Shown piece by piece: positions 40,733-52,275 of a stretch of DNA of 64,000 nt. Positions within the stretch are counted from its first letter, which is position 1. Each line of letters begins with the position of its first letter. Position numbers and translations under genes: made by a program. Source of the stretch: Octopus sinensis (Eukaryota); assembly GCF_006345805.1 (NCBI RefSeq), contig NC_043006.1, positions 60,946,001 to 61,010,000 on the forward strand, written 5' to 3'. Under the pieces are notes generated by a model. The model had not been told where the DNA came from. It ran no database searches and saw only the letters and a list, made by a program, of their open reading frames with translations.

Positions 40733-41307
40733 TTCTACTCTAAGCACAAGACCCGAATTTTGGGGGGATGGGGACAGTCGATTAGATCGACTCAGTACGC
40801 AGCTGGTACTTAACTTATCGACACCGAAAGGATGAAAGGCAAAGTCGACCTCGGCGGAATTTGAACTCAGAACGTAAAGGCAGACGAAATACGTATTTCT
40901 TTACTGCTCACAAGGGGCTAAACATAGAGGGGACAAACAAGGACAGACAAACGGATTAAGTCGATTATATCGACCCCAGTGCGTAAATGGTACTTATTTA
41001 ATCGATCCCGAAAGGATGAAAGGCAAAGTCGACCTTGGCGGAATTTGAACACAGAACGTAAAGGCAGACGAAATACGTATTTCTTTACTGCTCACAAGGG
41101 GCTAAACATAGAGGGGACAAACAAGGACAGACAAACGGATTAAGTCGATTATATCGACCCCAGTGCGTAACTGGTACTTATTTAATCGACCCCGAAGGAT
41201 GAAAGGCAAAGTCGAACTTGGCGGAATTTGAACTCAGAACGCAGCGGCAGACGAAATTCCGCTAAGCATTTCACCCGGCGTGCTAACGTTTCTGCCAGCT
41301 CGCCGCC
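40733..41307 (-). mobile_element. Tandem array of three family A SINE units (184-bp period)
   Basis: Junctions at 40892/40893 and 41076/41077; only the rightmost unit keeps the full tRNA-like head. Confidence 0.92.
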
Positions 41308-42312
41308 TTATGTCACATACAATATGACTCCAATGATTAACAAGAGGACATTTGTGATATTGTATAAGATAATGACATTCCAGGATTATCACTTAGGAAA
41401 ACGAATTCTTCTGACGTACACACATACGGTATAACCATAATTATAAGATTAATCATAAGATGTCATGTTAATTGTTAGTACCACTTTAGTTGTGTGAACT
41501 GGGCTATTTATGATTCCTGGTCACAGTAAAACGAGCAGTGTCAATGACATAAGGTAAGTCATTAATTAAATAATATTGATGTCTGCAGAGAAACAAATAA
41601 TGAAAAAAAAATGCTTCAAGTCTTCAGTTTAAATCCTTTGATAACGGCAATCATAGTGATCATTAGCGTAAGCAACAATTTTACTGTTATTGTCATCGGA
41701 ATGTAGGGGGAAGATAATACCAATAAATTGGATATGAAAATCAATCACAGTGATAGATAAGCATTATGTTTTATATGCAGCAATAGACGTGTCACAAGTG
41801 ACGCGTGAAATATCTAGACAATATATCGCCTGTTTATTCTTGTATGCATATATATTCAAGATAGAATCTATAATTCATGTCAGGATTGCACAATTTTAGT
41901 AAACTGTAGCTTGAAAGTTCTTACTCAATCAAGAAAGCAACTTTGAAAGTCGGAAAGTTACGTTACGAACGACTATCTTTTATTTTATCGCCAATGCAAT
42001 GTTGAATATGTTAGTAGATATAAGAATTATTATTAATAAGATAAGCCACTGAGTTTATGAACGATGTAAATGAAACATTCTGTAACGGACATTGTGACAT
42101 TTGCATGTGGCATTTTGATCTGGTATACAGAACATTGTTCTTAACTGGAAACATATTTATCACGGTTAGAAAATTAATTATTAATACATACATGATATAC
42201 TTAACAAAAATATTTAAAATCTCATCAGTTATACTTTATTTATATTGATGCTGTGAATACCTTCTTATTCAGCATTTTTCAAAGCTGAATTTCTTTAGCT
42301 GTCTTTCACTTA

Positions 42313-42376
<64 letters not shown>

Positions 42377-43114
42377 ATCTGCCACTCTCAGGGTGGGTGA
42401 TTGTTAAGAGTAGCAGACTCATGCAGAAATGGAGATTTATACATGCACAGCAACCTCATCAATTCTGAACGGAAGCTGTCAGTAAATATAATGAAAGGCA
42501 TTCTAACATTAGGAGACCTTTGACACTATATATGTCTATTACCCAAACTATAAAACAAAATATATCTTAGATGTTTAGATTTCTTAATTACAGAGGTTTG
42601 CACTTAATAAACGAGATAGATAATGAACCTACTTGTTTCTTACACTTCATTTGTGAGAAACAATACACGTAAACTAAAGACATTAATTGATGGAATCAAG
42701 AGTCGGATTAGCGGTAAATTTCTTAGACATCAAGAATTTACCTTACATTACATATATGTTTTGTCGACACTGCTTTGGGAATTATGTTTATCTATGATGA
42801 GATTCATAAACATAAATATGATTTTTTTATAAATTCAGTAGTCGATATGAATCGAAACAAATTTTGGATATATATTTCTTTTAATTATTTGTTATATGTT
42901 ATATTATATTTTTATACTATAATTATATTATATTATAATGTTAATAAATTTCTAATATGTCAATAGTATTTCTCTATTTCATTTAATATTTATATCTTGA
43001 ATTTTAAGTTCTGATTTTTACCCTTCTATAATTGTGGTAGTTAAATGAAGAACTAGTGGACATTGGATGTTTTCCATCCCTTTGAAGAAAATTGTTTTGC
43101 CTAGGATTGAATAT

Positions 43115-43166
<52 letters not shown>

Positions 43167-44870
43167 ATATATATTATATATATATATATCTCCCACCTCT
43201 TTCGTTGTATGAGATCAATAACTTTCTCAAGCAGCATTTTCGTATGGACGTCGCTGGACGGTGTTGCAGTATTCTTTGTAGAATACCCAATGTGGTAATG
43301 TTCCCTGCTGTCCGTGAGTTGCTGGCAATCGTGAATATGCAGAATCACGATGTGTCGGTGCAGCTAACGAACGCAAATGATGTGGTAGTTTAGTAAGAGA
43401 CACTGTTATATATCCACATTATATACGCATATACCTTCACACACACGACAAAGCACTGTGTTCGAAACGTTATACTTTCACTCCACTCTTCCTCTTTTTT
43501 GTTGCTAAGCTAATAATATTAACTCTACTAATCTATCAGACTATTTTGTATTTGTAGTTAATTTATTGTCTTGTTTGAAATTGATTTGTTTCACACACAC
43601 AGCACTCGTGTATTTACATACACACACTCAAACGCACGAACACTTATATATATAAATGCACACACATATTCACAAGTGTGTAAGTATGTCTGTGTTCATT
43701 TGTATTTCTCTGAGATATTTACTGCAGGACCCTGTACGTCTTGCATTATCTTAATAAATTGCCAACTTCTTACATATTTGAATACGATTCTAACAGTTGA
43801 AAGATCTGCACGCAAGATATAATGATGCGAAATATATATTTTTTGTTAGGTGATGTCAATAATTTTGTAGATAACTACAAAATTTGATTCTCGCGCAATA
43901 GTTGAGCACGACACTACCTCAATTTTCTTTTCGTTTTAGTGCATACATTCTCTTGCTCAGTAACATAATCTTCTGAAGGATTATTCCGTATTACGTATTA
44001 TTCCGTATATTTGTACATGTATAAATTCATGTAAGGATTTCTAAAATAAAATCGGTTTATATTTCGAGAACACTCAAATTACAATGAGTAATATAGGTTA
44101 ACAATGAACCCCATTTCATATTCAGTTAAGATGTTACAAAAAGTGTGAAAACAATCTTGTGTATTGTATAATTTAGTTTCGAGATCGTAAAACGTTAGTT
44201 TTCATGTATAGAGAAAGAAATTACTACCTATGAGTGCAGAATGGAAAATAAGAAACTAAAAACGAAATCAATGAACGAAAACAAGGGAAAAGTAAAGCAA
44301 ACGGGAAAAATATAAACAAAAAGAAGCTTATAACTCATATACACATTGACAAATAGCGTATATATAATGATAAATCTAAATGTAAGAGAAACCGGAAAGA
44401 AGAAGCCAAAAAGGATAATGAGGAAAAATGGTGTAAAAAATATATAAAAAAGAACAAGAGATTCATGTCACCAGGATCATACAAAATTTTAAATGAATTT
44501 AGTATATAGCGTGTTTCTTCGCAATCATTTTAACACCTTTTGGTTTCTGATTTTTTTGTTACTACTTTTATTCAATTTCCATCTCATTTTTACATGGAAA
44601 ATCCGTGATCACAATTTTTTTATCTAATTATGTAAACGTTAACACAAATGGATTCCAACCAACAATCAGACTCGTACTCTACTTTCAACTTTGCTACATT
44701 TCAGTGTTATGATTAATAATATGCTCATTATAAACTCCATTACAGCCCGTAAAATGGGAATCTGAATCTCAACGATGTACTTCGGGAATCTAAGTTTTAA
44801 TGACTGAAATTGTATATATATATTTATATATATGTATGTATGTATATGTATATATATGTATATATATATA

Positions 44871-44954
<84 letters not shown>

Positions 44955-45292
44955 GTATATATATATGTATATGTATATATATATATGTATATATATATAT
45001 GTGTGTATATTATATATATATACACGCGTATATTCCATTTCCTTTATTTTAATTTATATTATTTCTAATCTGTGTTATAATGTTACTTATTTTATTTTGT
45101 TTTTTAATTTTTTTAACTTCAATTTTTATCTCTCTTTATTTGTCCTCATATATAAATTAATCTATATACCTAAAGAAGCAATTTGGAAAGGAACATATAT
45201 ACCAATACACATGCATATTGATATAGAAATCATTGACATACATACTTTTTGCGTGTATATATATGTATATATACAATATATATAAATGCATA

Positions 45293-45339
<47 letters not shown>

Positions 45340-45341
<2 letters not shown>

Positions 45342-45541
45342 GTTGATTCGCTAGCTTCTGCACGCATTTTTTTTCTCTCCTTGTTTCTCTCTGTGTTTCT
45401 TTTCTGTGTATCTTTCTGTTGAAGGGCGTAGGCTCGAAACGTAAAAGACTTGTTTTATTTATATCCCTGAGCGCCATACTAATACAATTGTTTTTTGTAT
45501 TTCACCTGCCTTCGTCTTTTGTTTATTTCATAAAGATTCCG

Positions 45542-45544
<3 letters not shown>
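45340..45544 (+). mobile_element. PLE pLTR-like repeat F4, copy 2, in (TA)n
   Basis: Homologous to 10117-10322. Confidence 0.75.
45411..45448 (+). ncRNA. Minimal HHR-like motif F4
   Basis: TCTTT-CTGTTGA-A-GGGC(GTAG)GCTC-GAAA-CG-TA-AAAGA. Confidence 0.6.
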
Positions 45545-45583
<39 letters not shown>

Positions 45584-45757
45584 ATAAATATTAGGGAAAA
45601 ATCCAAATTTACAGGGAAAAAAATCAGATTTAGGATTAAATCCAATTTTATAGTAAAATATTATAAAATATTGTTAGAGACAAAACCACTATTTTGCAAA
45701 ACAAACAAGGAAAGACTTAATCAATACATAAAATTTTAATAAATAGTCAAAAAAACG

Positions 45758-45800
45758 CCACTACAATTGTTTCTTGTCTTGATCGACAATCTTCAGGTGG
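45758..45800 (-). ncRNA. Type I hammerhead ribozyme F1
   Basis: Identical to 8216-8258. Confidence 0.85.
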
Positions 45801-48076
45801 ACTTCAATCTAAAATATCAATATTTTAAAATATAAAAATAATAATTTTAAAATAATTAAAGTATTAATGGAAAAATATAAATATATAATCCATATATAAC
45901 CTATATATAATCCATATATAATCAATATATAAACAATATATAAACTAAAAAAACCTATCAACAATTAAATATAAAATATAAAATATAAAATATAAAACAA
46001 AACAAAAAAATAATAATAATATAATAATAAACTATATATACACCCATACACATATAACTAATTATATATAACCATATCTAACTACATACACTAAATCACA
46101 CACCTATATATATATCCCTACACATACACATAAAAACGTCTAGGCAACTATAAATAAATAAAATAGCCTATACTTCAACACAATACTTATTCATACTCCC
46201 ACACACACACATACAACCCACATTCCCGCTCTAGAAACGGACATCACTTAAAATTATGAACGGAGAAATGGAATAATGGAATTAAAAATTATATTCACTT
46301 GGTAAAACGAACACACTTAAAAATTATGAATGAAACAATGCAATAAAACAACAGACATCGCAAATAGACACAAATTACTACGAATTCCTTAACAAACCTA
46401 CCATGATAAACCAAAACTCATAAAAACATATAATGATAAAATCTCCCTTTACTAAACTCTATAACATACCTATATAGCAATCCCCCTAACCTAAACATTC
46501 ACACACAAATACACACACGTAAACCACACACCCACGACATATACAAATACCCACCCCACTTACACATACCTATACATACATATAAACCTCAACATATACT
46601 CCAAAAACCCACTCAACCCCACACAGACAAATAAACACATACATCCCCAAACCTAAATAGCAAACCCATAAACACATTCACACACAAATATACATACATA
46701 AAATACACACCATATACATATACATACTCACCAAACTCGACATATACAACAATATTAACACACCCACATTCATACAGATAATTTTAAGTGAGGTTTGCTT
46801 CCATAGCGCGTATTCTTTTTATACATAAGTTATGTTCCTATGGTAACGTAATTTGGTTTGATGTTTTTAACGGATTAGAATTTAATTTCACTTCATAATT
46901 TGAAACTGACTTGAAAGTATGTATATTATTTCTCCTTATGTCATATTATTATTTTTGATATTCTGGTTACTTACGATGCATTTTATATATCGTATTATGT
47001 GTAATAATGTTGTTTTTCTTTGGAGTGTTTATGTATGTGTGATTGTGTGTGAGTGTGTGCGTATTTTGGTTGTGTAGTTTGTTTATCTGTATGAATGTGG
47101 GTGTGTTAATATTGTTGTATATGTCGAGTTTGGTGAGTATGTATATGTATATGGTGTGTGTTTTATGTATGTATATTTGTGTGTGAATGTGTTTATGGGT
47201 TTGCTATTTAGGTTTGGGGATGTATGTGTTTATTTGTCTGTGTGGGGTTGAGTGGGTTTTTGGAGTATATGTTGAGGTTTATATGTATGTATAGGTATGT
47301 GTAAGTGGGGTGGGTATTTGTATATATCGTGGGTGTGTGGTTTACGTGTGTGTATTTGTGTGTGAATGTTTAGGTTAGGGGGATTGCTATATAGGTATGT
47401 TATAGAGTTTAGTAAAGGGAGATTTTATCATTATATGTTTTTATGAGTTTTGGTTTATCATGGTAGGTTTGTTAAGGAATTCGTAGTAATTTGTGTCTAT
47501 TTGCGATGTCTGTTGTTTTATTGCATTATTTCATTCATAATTTTTAAGTAGTGTTCGTTTTACCAAGTGAATATAATTTTTATTCCATTTATTCCATTTC
47601 TCCGTTCATAATTTTAAGTGATGTCCGTTTCTAGAGCGGGAATGTGGGTTGTATGTGTGTGTGTGGGAGTATGAATAAGTATTGTGTTGAAGTATTTAGC
47701 TATTTTATTTATTTATAGTTGCCTAGACGTTTTTATGTGTATGTATAGGGATATATATATAGGTGTGTGATTTAGTGTATGTAGTTAGATATGGTTATAT
47801 ATAATTTGTTATATGTGTATGGGTGTATATATAGTTTATTATTATTATTATATTTTTTTGTTTTGTTTTATATTTTATATTTTATATTTTATATTTTATA
47901 TTTTATATTTAATTGTTGACAGGCTTTTTTTAGTTTATATATTGTTTATACATTGATATATATGGATTTATATAGGTTATATATGGATTATATATTTATA
48001 TTTTTTCATTAATACTTTAATTATTTTAAAATTATTATTTTTATATTTTAAAATATTGATATTTTAGATTGGAAGT

Positions 48077-48119
48077 CCACCTGAAGATTGTCGATCAAGA
48101 CAAGAAACAATTGTAGTGG
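48077..48119 (+). ncRNA. Type I hammerhead ribozyme F1
   Basis: CCAC-CTGAAGA-TTGTC(GATCAA)GACAA-GAAA-CAATTG-TA-GTGG. Confidence 0.88.
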
Positions 48120-48229
48120 CGGTTTTTTTGACTGTTTATTAAAATTTTATGTATTGATTAAGTCTTTCCTTGTTTGTTTTGCAAAATAGTGGTTTGTCTC
48201 TAATAATATTTAATATATAATATATATAT

Positions 48230-48267
<38 letters not shown>

Positions 48268-48429
48268 AACATAACGTAGGCACATATACACACACGCGTG
48301 TGCAAGAATGAGTATAAATTTTGTTTCACTTTTGCTCTTTTATATTCCAGGAACATGAGTTTTATTTCACCTTTACTATTATTTATTCATAATCGTACTT
48401 TACCCATATATATGACCCATCATACATGA

Positions 48430-48526
<97 letters not shown>

Positions 48527-48905
48527 GTAGTAGTAGTAGTAGTATTAGTATTGTATTATTATTATTATTGTTATTATTATTATTGAATTGAAATAAAAGG
48601 AATACACACACACGCGTATACTAACATACACATACACAAGTATACTTAGACACATAGTAAACATGTCTATATTCTGTGTATCCCAAAGGTATCCTAATGT
48701 AATCCATTTTGACCTTTGTACACTGATTATTTTTCATACAAGATACTTAAAATGCAAAATTATATAATCATGTTTTGTAATTTTAATTTTGTTTGTGAAA
48801 TGAAACAATTGTTGGTGAATATGATGAATATTTAATAATAATTAATTTGTATCCATTAGATATCTCTGTTTTCTAACTCTACAACAATGTTTGATATTTT
48901 ACGAT

Positions 48906-48939
<34 letters not shown>

Positions 48940-50946
48940 GTAAGTACATTGTAGATAAATACATACCTATTTTAATCAATATGTTAAAACTCAGCTTGTG
49001 GTCTAACTCCACTCAGGTCGTAGAGTGGTTTACTTCTATTACTAATAAGGACAACACAAAATTTATACAATTCGATATATCTAGTTTCTACCCTTCGATA
49101 AACCCTAGTGTACTCAATAAGGCCCTATGGCACGCACATAATAAGGCAGGCCTCTCCAGGGAGGAAATTAACGTGATATTAGCAGCTAGAAAATCTTTCA
49201 TACAGTTCGATAATAAGTTGTGGGTCCGCAGGGATACCCCCAACGCGTTCAATGTGCTAATGGGAAGTACAGATAGCGCCCAGATAGCCGATTTGGTCGG
49301 AATCTATATTCTCTATGAATTGGCCGACCAATTCCCGGACATCTGTGGCGGTCTATATCGAGATGATTGTCTACTTTACCTCCAGAATGCTCCGAACAGT
49401 AGGATATAGAAGATTAAGAACAGTTTAGCTAGATTTTTTAGCAGAATGGGCTTGAGCATAGTTTTTGACGACGAATTAACTAAAGCCAAACTTCTTAGAT
49501 GGTACCCTAAATCTGCAGAATAACTCATACTTCCCATATCATAAACCTTCTACTAATCTTAAATATATCAACATTTTCAGTAACCATGCCAAAAATATTA
49601 CCGATAATTTAGTTTAAAATATTTCCTTAAGACTGTCAAAATTATCTGCTAATGTCGACATCTTTAACCAGAAAGCGGAATTTTATAACGCCGCCTTGTC
49701 AAAAGCCGGTTATAGAGATAAAGTATCATATAACGACCCGGCCCATTCTAAACCTATATATACTTCTCAGGATAAGAAAACTAATAACAATAGAAATAGT
49801 GAGAATAATGATTTCAGCTCTGACAACGTCGGCACCACTATACTTAAGAAAAATAATTTACGGACCAGGGGAGGCAATCGGCAACCAAGCCCAATTTTCC
49901 AGCACAGAAATATTCTCTTTAATGTAACTGGTAACACTTTGAACAATTCTAAGTCCACTAAAAACTATATCTGGTTTGTCATACCTTTCGGAAAACAAAT
50001 CAAGTCAAACCTTCCTTTGCAGTTCCGTGAAGCCGTAGCTAGGAACTTTCCCAGGAATTCTAGGTATTACTCTACTATCAATTCGCATAAGGTAAGGATT
50101 GCATTCTCCAACACTAGAAATCTATCGCAAATTATTGCCTCCCATAATAGCAAGCTGCTAAACAAGGATTCTTCACCCGGGAGTTACAACACTATTCTTA
50201 CCAATTCTAACCAAACATACAATAAATAATAATAGAAATAGTATTGATAATAGCAACATTTATAACAGCGTTGGCATTTACAGTGGTAATATTAATAATA
50301 ATATTAGTCGGATTATTAACAGTGGTAGTGTTAGTGGTAACAAGGACAGCATTTCTAATAACAGTGGTAGTATTGATGATAACAACGGCAGCATTTCTAT
50401 AGCCAGGGATATTACAGGCGATAGTACAATTAATAATAATATAATAACAATAATAGAAATAGTATAGTGGTCAGTGCTAGCAGTTATATTAATAGCAATC
50501 ATAACAATAAATACTCCGTCTTAGTCTCGGAGGTAAACCCTAACAGATTAAAGTTCTTGTCCAGTAATTCCAAAATTAGAAATTCCATTTACCAGTGTAG
50601 GGTTTCTTCCGGTACCGGTGTCTTCTTCTATGTTGGGGCGACTACTTCTAAATTATCCCAGAGGATTTCCAATCATTATTCAACTTTCCGAGATAAGAGG
50701 AAACAACAAAGTACAGGACTAAGTAAATTAGTTTGGCGTCTTAAGGACAGCAATATAACTTTCAAGCTGGAATGGTCCATATTGTCTGTCTCCTTTCCTT
50801 TTGATAAGGGCAGAAATTATTGTGCCGTCTGTAATTCCGAGCTTTTCTATATACTTTTCGCCAAATTCTCTTTAGTAAACACAATGGTAGAAAAATCCTA
50901 CAGGTGCATGCACTGGCAGAAACACACCTTCCACTCATATGAATGA
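48940..50946 (+). pseudogene. PLE RT/GIY-YIG polyprotein pseudogene
   Basis: FDISSFYPSI, MGSTDSAQIADLVG, YRDD (49356-49367), NFLDGTLNL, SIYQC..FYVGAT..RISNH, LS.LVW.LK, CAVCNSE and CMH; stops at 49407 and 49615, frameshifts near 49488, 50223 and 50440. Confidence 0.92.
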
Positions 50947-51449
50947 GGATTAATATAGATAACTTCGTGAATTTAAAAATTTGGTTCCACATCTACAACA
51001 ACACCATAGGCAAAATGTTTTTATACTCCGTTACTTGAAGGCCTACTACCAAATTCGTTGGGGTATGTTCTACCTTTGTCTCTCTACCTCTTCCCCCTCT
51101 CTTTCTCTCTCTCTCTATTATAAGCACAATCAAACACACAGACACAAACCTGTCACTTCACCACTAGATATATTTGGGATTTATCCCCCCACACAAACAA
51201 TCACGCACACATATACACGCATATAGACACGAATGCAGTTATATACATACACACACATAGGCACTCAATCTCATTGGCAAAAGCAAACAACAACGCATCA
51301 CCATACATACGACTTGCACTCTGTCACCCCCCTATTCTTAGAACCTGCCCCTTCCAACCATTTTTGAACTCTTGAACTTTTTAGAATCTTATCCATCCAA
51401 CCATTTTTGACGTCACTGCTTATAACGGAATATTTTAAAGAAACACTCA

Positions 51450-51533
51450 TTATCCGTGAGAAGACGACATATTGCACCCTTTATTCCTTCGGAATTAAGA
51501 ATATGCAGTCTTCGAAACATATGTCGAGAATAA
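51450..51533 (+). ncRNA. Degenerate HHR with an elongated stem II
   Basis: TTATC-CGTGA-GAAGAC(...TGCA..TTATTCC ttc GGAATTAA..TGCA)GTCTTC-GAAA-CATATG-TC-GAGAATAA; CUGAUGA half is damaged. Confidence 0.5.
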
Positions 51534-51742
51534 AGGAATTTTGTTAAATCGTCGTTCGACTCCATTCTTTCATTTATCTATGAAAAAACCACACAAATTC
51601 CCACACAAAAGCACGTGATTTCTGCCCTAGGCATGTAGCTTCAACCGTGCTTTCTGACTTAAATTTGCTACCTGGGTATCGGTTAACCGATACATATCGG
51701 TTAACCGATACATACTAGGATAATTCATTCAACTACTTAAAC

Positions 51743-51773
<31 letters not shown>

Positions 51774-52133
51774 TATACATGTGTGTGTCTGCGTGTATGT
51801 ATTTCTGTGTGTATTTTCCTTACGCCCTTTCAAAAGGGTTTAATCTTATTTGAATACGTTCATGTGTAAGACTCAATACGACAGGAATGTAGAAATTTAA
51901 ATTTGCTTATATACATAGAAATACACAGACGCTTGGACAGGCACACACACGCAAGCGACTCTTTCTTCCTCTCTCCATGGGCCACCGGCCATTAGGGTCT
52001 TCTGAAGAAACGCTCGTTATGGTTGTGAAACCCAGAGTAGCCCCATAGACGAGGACACAACTGTCGTTATTAATTGCTTTACACCTCTGTATCTTAGAGT
52101 CTGGTTCTCTTTCGGAGTTATGATTTACTAACA

Positions 52134-52170
<37 letters not shown>

Positions 52171-52213
52171 ATATATAAGTAAAAATAGGGCTGAAGTGTA
52201 TAAAAGAATAAAA

Positions 52214-52273
<60 letters not shown>

Positions 52274-52275
52274 AA

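Larger units (their letters stand above)
45590..48211. mobile_element. PLE family F1 insertion: 1.1-kb inverted arms (45666-46781 / 47083-48211), 301-bp spacer and left-only extension 45590-45665, in (TA)n
   Basis: Arms are reverse complements along their whole length; an HHR lies near the outer end of each. Confidence 0.92.
48940..51580 (+). mobile_element. 5'-truncated Penelope-like retroelement: RT, long linker, C-terminal GIY-YIG endonuclease and 3' UTR/pLTR
   Basis: See ORF call; a degenerate HHR at 51450-51533 marks the pLTR. Confidence 0.92.

Noticed and set aside
46782-46830. ILSEVCFH peptide at the start of the F1 spacer as a possible GIY-YIG CxH tail
   Set aside because: Too short, and the spacing does not fit the motif seen at 27522 and 50820.
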